Assembly (NCBI GenBank): GCA_965112735.1
Contig: OZ218959.1
Coordinates: 558,001 to 622,000 of the forward strand
Origin: Phaeosaccion multiseriatum
Lineage: Eukaryota > Protista > Ochrophyta, other classes
Length of the DNA: 64,000 nucleotides
Direction of reading: 5' to 3'
Position numbers and translations under genes: made by a program. The notes below the pieces were generated by a model, which was given only the letters and a program-made list of their open reading frames with translations, made no database searches and was not told the origin of the DNA. Below are positions 10,202 to 30,395 of the stretch, one piece after another. Position 1 is the first letter of the stretch; the number at the start of each line of letters is the position of its first letter.

Positions 10202-10770
10202 GTCGGAGTGGTACGCGTACCCGTTCGCGTCCCTTTCACTTGATATTTGTGTGACCAAGGAACTTTCCTCCGTCTACGGGGGGCATTCCACCAGAGCTTG
10301 GAAGTCTGGAGAAGCTTGAACAAAGGGCGGGTGACGGATGTGAAGGACCCTGGCCCCCTTCCTCACTCCTGAACCCGTATAGACCACTTGGGGGATAACT
10401 TGTTTAACACACACGGAACCTTCCTGGGTCTAAGGGTGGCATATCAGCATTGGTACCACTTCTCGCAACTCTCACCACCTTGACGGTTACAAAATACTTC
10501 GTAGTAGTTACGTACTTGAGCCAAAAAAAGGAGGGAGGGACTGGGGGGGGGGAATACCTCCAGGGGGGCGAGGCTTTCTACCCATGCACCCGCATGAGCA
10601 GGAGCAGGAGAACAGGGTCCGCGTGGTGGACATTTGGTGGATAGGCAGATAGATGGATGGATGACTTTGCTTTGTTTCATAGTCGATAGTAATCATTTTG
10701 AATCAAAGAATCGAATCGCTACATATGTGCGTCTTACTTCTTCTTCTTGCCCTTCTTGCTGAAGGTGCGT

Positions 10771-18986
<8,216 letters not shown>

Positions 18987-19411
18987 GGTGGCCGCTGCCC
19001 CTCCTCAACCCTAACCAGTGCAGCTCTTCCTTTCCCTCCCAGTGAGCTCTTCTCCCCAGATCAGGTCTCCCACCTCTCTGCCTAGTTACACACTATTTAG
19101 GCATTGATGGCTCTCCAGCTGCTGCTGCTTTGCTAATGTCCCTATTAAATATCGCGATTTCGCAGCTGGAAAAAACAGTTTCATGTGCATCTGGTTGGGC
19201 CCATCCGGGGGAGACCCAAATGTATCTGGTTGGGGCACTTTCCCGATTTCCGATTTCCAGCTCGCCGCGTTTCTTTTTTCCCCCCCTTGTCCTTGTCCTG
19301 CACCAACAGCTAATTAGAAGAAGCCAGACGAATAGAGTGTGCAGAAGGGCGCGCAATCTGGGGTGAAAAGTAGAAGGAGAGAATATTGGGTAGATAAACT
19401 TTGCGTTCGCG

Positions 19412-21381
19412 ATGAGCATTCCGCCAGAGTTTAAGGCGCTCACGCCATTCGTCAAACGCGCGGAGGAGCTGGACAAGGACAAGAGTAGTCCAGAGAGTGC
19501 CCTCGTAGCCTATTATTGCCGAACTTTCGCGATGGACATGGGAATCAAGATGTCCGCAAAGGTGAGGGGCGAGCGACCGGATCGCGAGCGAGGGAGCAAG
19601 CGAGGGAGCGAGGGGGTTATTCGACTCTTTGCAGCAGGCAGATATCCTCACTCGCAGACTCTGATCGTTGTTCGCTGCCATGGGAATCCGTCTCTGGCGC
19701 TACGCAGGCGGGCCCGGAGGCACAAACCTACTTGCTGGGGCTGATGACCAGACTGGAGCAGGACAAGCAGAAGGCGGTGTTCACTGAGGAGGAGGGAAAG
19801 GTGAAACTTGGCTTGCGAGGAGTTCCCCTCAAAGGGACGCTTCACCCACCTCACACGGCGCTGTCTGCCCGTGTCTGTGTCCCGGACCTTTGTCTATGTA
19901 CAGATGGTATGCACTGAATTCGCATCCAAGATCTTTAGCAAGGCGGACGACGAAGACCGCGCGGGCGCGAGCAACAGGGGCACAGCGCGGACCTTCTACG
20001 CGGCGGGTAGGTCCGGGCCACGACTCCTCATCCTCCGCATTGCATCGCACGCCTCTCCTCACCGGCATTGCTTCTGTCCCTCTCTGTCTCTTTCTTGTTC
20101 TGTCCCTTGTCTCTTGTCACTCTTCAGCGATCTTCATGGAGATTCTGGAGCAGTTTGGAGAGGTGCGCTCGTGTAAATGCCCGAAGAGACGAGAGAAAAA
20201 AAAGCAAAGCGTGACTGACTGACTGACTGACTGACTGACTGGATTCATGTTGCTTTCACGTGACGTACATTGCCGTGCTTGGTCTTGCCCCTGAACAGCT
20301 GGACGAGGTGGACGCTCAAAAGATCAAGTACGCCAAATGGAAGGCCACGGACATTCTCAAAGCCATCAAGGAGGGCAGGCCGGCCACCCCGGGGGGCTTC
20401 GGAGAGGAAGCTCCGGTGGCGGCGGAGGCGGCAGCAGCAGAGGCAGTACAGGCAGAGACCTCCGAGGCCAACGCTACCATGGAGGGTGTGGACCACGCCA
20501 GACAGGCAGCAGAGGCGGCAGCAGCGGCTAAGGCAGCGGCGGCGGGGGGGGCAGGTGGGCAAGACGCGATGGACATCCCTGAGGCTCCTCTGGACATTCC
20601 CTCTGCGCCTGCTGTGGCGCCCACCCCAGGCGAGTTGCCCATTCAGCCTCTAAGGAAAGGGCATGTCTGCCTCCTCTGCGTCGTCTACACATGACTCAAG
20701 ACCTCATCTCCTCCTCCTCTGCTCCGTGCTGCCTCCTCTGTGCTGTCCCCCTCTTGCTCCTGCCACCACAGCGCCCGACGCAGCTTCTCCTTACACACCT
20801 CCTCCTTCTACCCAAGCCCCCCCCCCGGGGGTGGTGCCTGGCGCTTACCCGACACCGTCAGCAGCGCCGGTAGCAGCTCCATCGGCCCCTCCAGTGCGCT
20901 CCTCCTCAGCCGCTGAGGAGTCTCGAGCGGCCATTGCGGCGATGAGAGTGCCCGGGTCTGCAGCACCCCACCCTGCCTCCGCCCCTGCTCCTGCGACTGC
21001 TGCTTCGGTTTCAGTGGCTGCGGGGCCGGCAAGGAAGGGCATCACCAGGGAAGAGTTTGCAGATGCGTCGGAGCTCGCCAAGTTCGCTGTGGCGGCACTC
21101 GATGCCAAGGAGGTGAGCTGAACAGCAGAGCAGCGCGCGGCCAGATCCCTGGCTCCTCGGGTGGAGAGAGGGGGAGCCTAAGTCAAGGACTCTCATGCTA
21201 CACGTCACATATCCCAGTTGGCGATATGGTCCGTCCTGATGGTGGACTCATCCGCATCCCCCCGCCTCCCCCTCTTCCTCCCACGCTCTGTCTCCCACGC
21301 TCTCCCCGCCTCTCTCTCTCTCACACACAGGCCGACCTTGCCGTGGATCGCCTACGGCGTGCGCTGCAGATTCTCACATGA
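19412..21381 (+). CDS. VTA1: Vacuolar protein sorting-associated VTA1 (ESCRT/Vps4 cofactor), multi-exon
   Basis: MSIPPEFKALTPFVKRAEELDK...VAYYCRTFAM; FASKIFSKADDEDRAG...TARTFYAA; KIKYAKWKATDILKAIKEGRPATPG; C-terminal VSL region ASELAKFAVAALDAKE|ADLAVDRLRRALQILT*. Confidence 0.92.
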
Positions 21382-21478
21382 GGGAGGGGTCGAGGCGAAC
21401 CCCTCGTCTGGCCTCTGCTTCCGTTCAGAAGGAGCCCTTTTCTTCGTCTAAAGGCAATCCTTTTTTTTGTTATTTTAA

Positions 21479-21718
21479 CACTCGATTTGGGTCAGAATCG
21501 CCCAAATCGCCCCGTCTTTTGGGGGTCAGCGCGGCAGAACCTCCTCCGAAATTGCTAAAAACTAGGAAAGGAAGGAAAGGGGGAAAGACGAGAGACTATG
21601 TGTCGGTAGGCATCTCAAAGAGCTACACGAAGAGCTATAGCGCTTCTCCCAGCGTCATTTTGCCGCGTGCGTCCAAAAACTTTCAGGCGATTTGGGCGAT
21701 TCTTACGCAAATCGAGTG
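21479..21718. mobile_element. 240-bp MITE with TIRs and a TTAA target duplication (piggyBac-like)
   Basis: TTAA|CACTCGATTTG...CAAATCGAGTG|TTAA. The internal segment CTCAAAGAGCTACACGAAGAGCTATAGCGCTTCTCCCAGCGTCATTTTGCCG is shared with 24786-24837 and 25190-25243. Confidence 0.75.
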
Positions 21719-21762
21719 TTAAAAAAAAATAAAAATGACAAGTTTAGGTGTATGTACAGAGC

Positions 21763-23744
21763 TTACGCAAATGGTAAGGAGTAGAGAGATAGGTCCTGTC
21801 CGCTGGCGAAGGCCAACAGCTGGCGAGAGGAGGGGCCCGAGCTAAAGCCGCTGCTGCTCAGAATCCCCCCTCTCTGGGGCTGTAACATGTGGATGAGCTC
21901 GGCCTCTGGGGGAAAGGAGAAGGCCCCATCCTCTGCCTCGTCTGCCTCCCGGAAACCATGGGGGTCTCGGTCGGGAGGTAAAGTGTAGTCTTGACTGGGA
22001 GCCTCTACGCGCCAGATGAAGGGCCGCCGAGACTCCTCGTCACCCCCGCACAGCAGCAAGCTGGAGTCAGTAGCAGGTAGCAGGGATGGTCTGCACAGAA
22101 GAGCCTTGTTGGAAAACCCGTCGATCTCCAACTCCGCCCGGGCAGTTCCCAGGGGGGAGCCGCCCTCGGCAATTGGTGCTTCACCAGCCGTAGCAGCGCC
22201 CACCCCGTTTGGCCCTCTGTAGTACTGCAGACAATGGCGTGGTTTGTTCCCTCTGCTCGACCACAGCAGCACCGTATCCCCTCCTCTCCCCCCTCCCCCC
22301 TGATACACCAGGCTCATGACGGGCTGCCTGTCAGCGTCGCCTCCTCTCTGCGTGCACGTCCTCTCCACGGGCCCTGATGAATATTCCTCAGCACGCCCCT
22401 GCACACCGGACTCCGCCTCTGCCCCCCCCCTCCTCCACCAGTGGGCGCTGCGGTATGTGGCTGCGAGAACGGCCCCTCCCTGCAGAGCCGCAAGGCTGTG
22501 GACCGGCGGGCCCCCCTTTGCACCTTTGGGGAAGCTGTCTACACACTTTCCTGTCACGCGCAGATCATACAAGAGGACAACGCCGTTCTCAGTCCCGATG
22601 TACATGGAATAGGCCCCTCCCCAGATGCATGCCCGCCCCGGCCTCTCTAGTCTGTAGCTTAGTACTCTGTGGTCATTGTGGTCCGTGACGACAAGCTTCT
22701 TGTCCAGCGACGTGGTGAGGAGCAGCCCCTCCTCAGGCTGGACAGCCATGTCCGTCACAGCCGCCTCGTGCAACGGGATGAAGCTCTCGTGCCGCTTCCC
22801 CTGCTGCTGCTGCTGCTGCTGCCCCTCATTAATTGAACCTCTGCTGCCCCCCCAGGCGGCGAGGCTCAGCTTAAGCACTCCGTGGCGGGGTCTGGAGCTG
22901 CTGGTGGTGGGCAAGCTACACGACGCCAGGAGCATGTCTCCGGAGGGCGCGAAGGTCACGAAGCGGGCGCCCTGGAGGTTGTTCAGACACAGCAGCTCTG
23001 GCACTGCTCTACAGCCGCCGCTGCTTCTTGACCCCAACCTTTCTCCTGGCGAGCTCGCAGCAGCGGCAGCAGCAGCGGGGGGGGGCACATGATTGGAGGG
23101 AGGGTGCCTCGGCTTGCCCTGCTGCGCTACTGCTTGTGCCGCTGCCCGAGTCTTGAAGCTCTCCTTCTCTCGTCGCAAGATCTCGTTCTCTATCCTGAGT
23201 CGCGCCACTTCCTTCTCGGACTTGCTCAGCTTTGCCAGGGCCTCGTCGCGTTCAGAGGAGTCCGTCACCACCGGGTCTGACGACCCCAACAACAGTACAT
23301 GTACGAGGTGAACAACGTATCAGTGAGGACAATGATCAAGGTGTAGAACATAGCACCCATCTCGCTTACATTCAGTAAAGTACAGAGGGATTACATCGCG
23401 TAGGTTCGCCGGCTTCTTACACTGCAAGAGAATGTCAGCGGCAGCGGAGTAGGCAGAACGGATTAGGTTGAGGTAGGACGACACTCACTAGCAGCAGAGG
23501 ATTGCACGGCAGGCGCACCATCTCATTGCACGGCAGGCGGACAGCCTCTACAACTAACCGTTGGACAAAATGACTGGATCCGGAGCGCGCGTTCTATACA
23601 GCTCTTCCCGTAGAGATGGCCGCAGTTTCTGAGGCAGCAGATTCGGTGATCACCTTCGCTTTCCCAGACATCTAAACAGATGGGGCACTCCCTGCTCTCA
23701 TCCCTGACCACGTCGAATCCCGCGTCAGGTCTACTCCTCTTCAT
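21763..23744 (-). CDS. RFWD3: RING finger + coiled-coil + WD40 E3 ligase, RFWD3-like
   Basis: RING CPICLDVW...HRICCLRNCGHLYGKSCIERAL...CPT|C; WD region IPLHEAAVTDMA...LLLTTSLDKKL...YIGTENGVVLLYDLR. Confidence 0.82.
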
Positions 23745-23963
23745 CCGATTATGTTGCGGGTGAAGAGTTCAAAGCCAGCGTTGCACCAGCTGTGACGCGA
23801 TGCATAAAGGCAACGCCTATACGCCAATCCCATGCAGATGTATTGGGCCTCCCCCTCTTCCCCTCAAAAAGAGATGGTGCCATTTGTGATTTCCGATGAC
23901 CACATGACATGGGTTCACATAGATGGCACTTAAAGGTGTGTTGTTGTTTTTTTTAGTTTTTTC

Positions 23964-24736
23964 ATTTCGCGGTTGACGCCCCATTAATTTTTTTTGACGC
24001 CAAATGACGATTTGTTTTACGACGTTTGACGACGTTTGACGACGTTTGACGACGCTTTAGCCCCCTATTTGACTCCCTTTGACGCCCTTTGACGCCCTTT
24101 TATCTTAATTCGCCTTAATTTCGTCTAAAAAAAATCACGTAAAAAAAAATCACGGAAAAGGGCGTCAAAGGGCGTCAAAGAGCGTCAAAAGGCGTCAAAG
24201 GGCGTCAAATAGGGGGCTAAAGCGTCGTCAAACGTCGTAAAACAAATCGTCATTTGGCGTCAAAAAAAATTAATGGGGCGTCAAAAGTGCCACTCAACCG
24301 CGAAATCACAGTATGATCTCATTCCCCCTCAGTTCATTCCTTCTTCACTTTTTTATTACTGTGATTTCGCGGTTGGGTTGCACTTTTGACGCCCCGTGAA
24401 TTTTTTTTGACGCCAAATGACGATTACTTTGACGACGTTTGACGACTTTTGAACCCCTTTTTTACCCACTTTAAAACCCCTATTTGACGCCCTTTGACGC
24501 CCTTTGACGCCCTTTGACGCCCTTTTCCGTGATTTTTTTTTACTGTTTTTTTGTAGACGAAAATAAGGCGAATTAAGATAAAAGGGCGTCAAAGGGCGTC
24601 AAAGTGCGTCAAATAGGGCTTTAAAGTGGGTAAAAAAGGGGTTCAAACGTCGTCAAACGTCGTCAAAGTAATCGTCATTTGGCGTCGAAAAAAAATCACG
24701 GGGCGTCAAAAGTGCCACTCAACCGTGAAATCACAG
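23964..24736. mobile_element. Two oppositely oriented copies of a palindromic MITE (23964-24311, left-truncated; 24359-24736, complete) with TA flanks and internal TTTGACG(C) repeats
   Basis: TA|CTGTGATTTCGCGGTTG...CAACCGTGAAATCACAG|TA. A TA duplication is typical of Tc1/mariner-derived MITEs. Confidence 0.75.
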
Positions 24737-24765
24737 TACTTTTATTTTTTAAATTAATGACCAAA

Positions 24766-25302
24766 TTTTTTTTTGCACAAACTCGGCAAAATGACGCTGG
24801 GAGAAGCGCTATAGCTCTTCGTGTAGCTCTTTGAGATCCCCACCGATCCATGGTCTTTCGGCTTTCATCGCCTCTTCCCTTCCATACATTGTAGTTGTCA
24901 GCATTTCTGCACCAGCACCGCCTTCCCGGGGGGGGGAGAAGGGGGATGTGCACGCCATGGAAATCGCTCATGGGCAGCTTGCCCGCCCTTCTGCAAGAGA
25001 ACAGGCGCAGCGCTACGGCGGCTAGCTACAGTGGAGCAGCAGCAGGACCCTTGGCAAGCCTGGTGCGATTTCCGTGGCGTGCACATCCCTTGTCCCCCCC
25101 CCCGCGGGAAGGGGGTGCTGCTGCGGAAATGCTGACAACTACGGAAGGGAAGAGGCGATGAAAGCCGAAAGACCATGGATCGGTGGGGACCTCAAAGAGC
25201 TACACGAAGAGCTATAGCGCTTCTCCCAGCGTCATTTTGCCGAGTTTGTGCCCAAAAAAAATTTGGGGCGATTTGAGCGATTATTACGCAAATCCAGTGT
25301 TT
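24766..25302. mobile_element. Long fold-back MITE-like element related to the 21479-21718 family
   Basis: 24766-24900 is a near-perfect reverse complement of 25130-25260. The right end GCGATT...TTACGCAAATCCAGTG resembles the 21.7-kb TIR. Confidence 0.7.
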
Positions 25303-25438
25303 AAAAGTAATTTAAAAAAAAAAGAAAAAGGGGCTCTGTCTTGTACATCTCCTTCTCGTACCTCCCAGACCTAGCACCACCCCCGCGTTGCAATCAACAC
25401 CAGCCACTGCACCGAACTACACGGCTCTCTCCTCCTCG

Positions 25439-26859
25439 TCACCTTCCGCAGTGGTCATTCGATTCTCCACACCAGCCCCACTGGCTGCAGCACAGAGAAG
25501 TGTCGTCGCACCTTCCATTGCCCCGGCTCCCATTTCCGCAAGTGCCTCCCCCCTGGGAGATGCAGTCACAATTGTCATCGCAAGGGCAGCTTTGACACTG
25601 GTCGCACTTGTTGCCTCCTCCTCCACCACCACTGCCTCCCTGCCCTCCACCATCACCACCGCAGTGGTCATTCGATTCTCCACACCAGCCCCACTGGCTG
25701 CAGCACAGAGAAGTGTCGTCGCACCTTCCATTGCCCCGGCTCCCATATCCGCAAGTGCCTCCTCCTCCACCACCGCTGCCTCCCTGCCCTCCACCACCAC
25801 CACCGCCTCCTCCACCAATGCTGACATCGGCACAGTTCCAGAAATGTTCCGCGGTTGGGACCTGGGAGCACGGACTGAGGTTGGAGTCTGAGGACAGGGA
25901 GGGAGACGAGAAAGCGTAAGTGAGGAGCGTGACAGGAAAAGAGGCAAGCCGAGCAAGCCGAGCAAGCCGAGCACGCCGAGCAAGCCAAGAAGAGCCATCG
26001 CCGTGTGCGGATTCCAGCGCGCTGACTGGTATCGGCCCACACACCCCACCACCACCGCCACTCACAGTTAGATGCTCCACAGGAGCTGGGATTGCTGCTG
26101 ATAAAGTTCCAGTAGCCAGGCTCGAAGCAGCTGTTGCCAGTCACGTCTGAGAGAACCAGAGAGACAAGACAGATGTGAGAATGCGAGTGAGGGGAGGAGC
26201 AACAGGGATAGCAGGCAGTAATGTAGAGAGGAGGGAATAGGAGCGAGAACCTCTCTCTGGCACTGCCTCTACAGTATGCGGGCATCGCGTCTCGCGCACT
26301 TACAATCGGCTTGAATGACGCAGTGGGAGCAAGTCTTTCCCGCGGGAAGCTGCAGAGTGACTCTCTTTTCTCCCAAATCGTTACCACAGTCTCTTCCAAT
26401 GTAGTACCTCCCAGGATGGTTATTGTCTCTGGGGGAGTAAGGGGAAGATGCTCCGCTGCCCACCCTGTTCAAGGGCGTCTGGTCGAAGCAGCCCTGTGAC
26501 ACAGTGCCACCGGAACCAACGTCACAGAGGTAGAACTGGAGGAAGCCCTCGTGGTGGACGGTGAGCTCAAACACCGCTTCCATAGTCCCCCCCGCCGAGT
26601 AGCTCGCCCTGACCGGGAAGTTGTTGTTTGGGCCACTGAACAGGTACTGGCCGCCGTCTTGCCAGGGGTCTCCACAGGCCTCGTGCCTCGGCCGGATTTC
26701 ATGGCTGTTGAAGGCACTTGCTTGATACCCTGACACTTGCCCATCTTGAAATCCCTGGTAATTCCTGCTCGCGGGTTCCTTGAGATATCCATGGCCCATG
26801 GAGGAGGGCAAGAGGACGAGGCTGAGGAGTGTTGCGAAGAGAGCCTTTGCTGCGCTCAT
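25439..26859 (-). CDS. Secreted lytic polysaccharide monooxygenase (AA15/chitin-binding type-4-like) with a Gly linker and two hevein-like (CBM18) domains; 2 introns
   Basis: Signal peptide followed by His1 (SSMG|HGYLKEPASRN); LTVHHEG; LPAGKTCSHCVIQAD|YVTGNSC; EHFWNCADVSI; two copies of CG.GSRGNGRCDDTSLCCSQWGWCGESNDHC. Confidence 0.85.
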
Positions 26860-28036
26860 GGTCTTGATCCGGCGAATGATGTTGGCGTCAGTTCCTTGAT
26901 GAATGGTGTTGATATGTTTGTGCTGCTGGTGTTCAATACCATCCTTCTTTGCCCTTCACTCCTGCAAGTGCCACGTCCGAGGGGCTTTACGTCTCGCCTC
27001 TCAGCGGCGGGGGTGCGGAGGTGCGGGTTTGCCTTTCTTTCCTTTCCTTCTGCTAGCCTTTCCTTCTGCTGGGAATTACTTCTGCTGCATAGGGGTACCG
27101 GTGCGATGGGAAAGGCCGACCTCTCACCATTCTCGAACAGGCTCAGAAGGGTATAGAGCCCCGGCCGTAGAATGTAGAAGCGCCACACCTTAGTATGATA
27201 CCATCCCAGCAGGGTCGGCCCCTGACCTGGCTGTTCCGTGAAAATTTCTGCCCGCGCGAGCCGGCCGGTTTCCTGTTTCTGGCCGGTTTCCTGTTTCCGG
27301 CCTGCGTCCTGTTTCTAGCCGGCGCGAGCCAGTCTGCGTCCTGGTTCTGGGTGGGGGTGGGCGAGCCGGCCTGTTTGAGCCGGCCTGTTTGAGCCGGTCT
27401 GTTTGAGCCGGCCTGTCCCGTTGGTCGCGCCTGTTTCTTTTCCCCTCTTCTTGTTACCTCTTTCTCTCCCTCCTTTCCTTCCTCTTTCCTATTTCCTGTT
27501 TCTATCGCCTCCGTATCCATAACCCCAGTGGGGTTCGTTTACAACCCGCGGTCAGGTTGAGTCTGCTTGTGGTACATGCTGATGGTCAAAGCTCAGCATG
27601 TTCCTTCAACCTCCCTTCTCTCAGTACCGCTGACTCCTTGTTACGACGGACTCTCCACGGTGTTGCGCATTCGCTGCTCTGGCCCAGGTTCGCGGCATCG
27701 GAAAGCCTTCAGGCCTGTGTGGGGCGTATAGCGTAGTTTTTGTGTTGTTTCGGGGGGGGGGAGGGGTGATTTACTTTTCTCCCTTTAAGTGCCATCTATG
27801 ATTGTCTAAAAGTAATGTCTCACCGCCTTACCTCATGGAACAAAGTTGATATGTGTCAAATCGAGCGTTCGTGTCGGGCCCGCTGGAGCGCGACGGCCGG
27901 GGGGGTGGAGGGCATAGAAATAGGAGGTGCGGAGCTGGGGGAAGGGAATTTGAATTTCGGGCCCCATTAGCACGATATTTTTAGTTATGTATGTACATCA
28001 TTTTAAAACATAAGCTCCAAAGCCTCTTGGAGGGAC

Positions 28037-28341
28037 TCAGTGGTCGCTCTCGTAAATATCCTCCAGGGGAAGCGAGGGAGCGGGGCCCGAGTACCCACGG
28101 GGGGAGTGCCCACTGGAGGGCGGGGCATAGGGAGAGGCCGAGCTCGAGGCACTTCGATGCGCCGCGTTGAACCGCTCCAACCAGTAGAAGCTCGCTGCGT
28201 CTGGGCTGTCTCCTCCTGCCCCACCTGCCCCTCCTACCCCTTCCACACCGCCCGCCACACCCATACCGACTCCCGTGCCGATACCGCTCGCGTCAAGGTT
28301 AAAGCCGCCGAGGCTGGTGTGGTTATACCCGACAGGTCCTG

Positions 28342-28400
<59 letters not shown>

Positions 28401-28726
28401 CGGCCGTACCCACCCCCGCCTCCGGGTTGGAGGCTGGAGTACGAGTGCATGCTGCTGCCCCCCCCTACCCCCTGGCCAGGCATGTGCGAGAAATGCATGG
28501 AGGGGATCATGCTTGGCGTTAGACTCGCCCCCAGTAGGTTGGTCAGCTGCATTGACGGCCCCAATGGCCCAATGGTGCCCCCCAGCATGGCGCTCTGCTG
28601 CCCGCCCGTCGCCCCAGGGGCTCCCATGAGGAGGCTGTACTGCCCGGCTTGTGCCTGCGGGCCGCCCATGGCAGACGACTCCAGGTGAGAAGGAGTCAGC
28701 TCCTTGGGCTGCTGAGGCTGCTGCTG

Positions 28727-28815
<89 letters not shown>

Positions 28816-30349
28816 CGTCTTGTCCTGGCGGTCGCGGAGGTTGGCTTTGCGCCTCCTCCTCCGACCGCGGGGGTGGCGGCTGTTGATGTGGTGCTCCCCC
28901 CCCCTCCTCGTGCTGCCGCTGCATGGCCATTACCGTCGCCAGCTGCTGCTGCTGCTGTATCGCCAACTTCTGCTGCTGGCGGAGGAGCTCCTGCTGCTGG
29001 AAGCCCGCCAACGTGGAGAGCAACTCCTGCCCAGCCTGTCCGGGCCTCCAGTGCGGATGGTTGGCAGTGAAATTGAGGAAGCTCTTCTCCATCTTGCCCT
29101 GCACCGACACATCTCTGTCTCTGTCTCTGTCCCTCCCGAAGGCCCGAGGGGGTCGCCTCCTCACCGAAGACGGCGCGTGGACTGATGCAGAGACGGAGAC
29201 AGGGCCCGGGCCCGTTGGTGGTATAGGCAGCGGCGTGGAAGAGGCCAGCCCTTCCCCGCCGCCATCCTGGGTGCGCAGGGAGCCCCCCCCCCCCTCCCCA
29301 TCGCCGTCGCCACTGCCGTCCTGACCCACTGAGTGGCCCTCGTGTGTGTTGCCGTCTCCTCCTCCGGCCGCAGACAACCTCCCAACATCGCCAACTGTGG
29401 CCGCCGTATCACCAGCTGCTGCTGCCTCGACCCCCTCGCCCCCCCCTGGTGCTGGCGCAGCGTAGTCCTCGTCTCCGTATTTGCCAAAGTCAAACTGGCT
29501 GCGGGCACACAAGAGACAAAACAAGCAACAAGTAAGGAAGTGGGGCCAAGGGGAGATGGGAGAGAGATTTGGCTTCTCTGACTTATGATGCTACACACCT
29601 GTAGCTGCACACAGAGCCTGTGCCGGGCACGTCTACGGTGTGATTCTCAACGAAGTCAATGATGTCTTGTGCACAGCCCGGCAGAGCGAAGCACAGGATC
29701 ACAGGTGCGAAGAGCACGCTCAACAGCTCCTGCTCGGAGGGAGGGAAGGGTGGGAGTAGAAGCGTAAGGGGGGGGGGGGGGTGAGGGCGTACGTGCATGC
29801 GCGGCTTGAGAAGGAGGTGTTGTGTTTGCTTGTGCCTGCCTGGACACAAACACACACACATGTATTTACGGAGGGGCGTGGCGGGGCGTGGCTCTCGGAG
29901 GGGGCAACCGACAAGGGTGAGCGCAGGTTGCCCTGCCCTGCCTTTGTCCTGCTCAGGCCCCTGCCCTGCCCTCCTTCCTCAGTCCCCGTCACTGCCTGCT
30001 CACGATCCACTCCTCACTCCTGACCTGTATGAAAAGCTGAGCCTTGTACTGGTACATGCCCAGCAGCTCGTCGCGCACCTCTCGAGTGTGGCTCCTGCAT
30101 GCAGAGGGGTATGGGCAGAGGCACGGAGGGGCTTGAGTCGCGGGCACAGGACAGGCAGCACAGCACAGCGCAAAAAGGCCCTCTCAGCGACCCTCCCCTC
30201 TCCCCTCTCCGGTCTGTCTGCCCATCTGCCTGCCTGCCTGCCTGTGCGCCTGCCTGTCTGCCTGCCTGCCTGCCTGCCTGTCTGCCTGTCTGCCCATCTG
30301 CCTGCCTGTCTGCCTGCCTGTCTGCCTGCCTGCCTGCCTGTCTGCCCAT

Positions 30350-30395
<46 letters not shown>

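Larger units (their letters stand above)
4140..10320. repeat. Bidirectional array of single-LRR exon cassettes: 39 full-length (37 of 72 nt, 2 of 69 nt) plus 4 degenerate, in 8 higher-order units A+ B+ C- D/F- E-
   Basis: Each cassette is CAG|GG/GC + 23 codons + G|GT, i.e. one 24-aa plant-type LRR. Unit starts (exon A): 4514, 5247, 5838, 6583, 7174, 7919, 8657, 9396, 10130. Spacings: 733, 591, 745, 591, 745, 738, 739, 734. Confidence 0.93.

Noticed and set aside
4140-10320. CRISPR array or plain satellite
   Set aside because: There are no unique spacers or cas genes. The repeats are spliceable LRR-coding exons in a eukaryotic context.
4400-10330. The many 70-175 aa ORFs in the ORF track over the array (e.g. 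MECSLLMDGRR..., MRPADGRT...)
   Set aside because: These are read-through of exon plus intron or off-frame translations. The real coding units are the 72-nt exons.
10320-10720. ROC-COR GTPase, kinase or transmembrane effector exon after the LRRs
   Set aside because: No P-loop or kinase motifs are visible. The short hydrophobic stretch near 10435-10510 is too weak to call.
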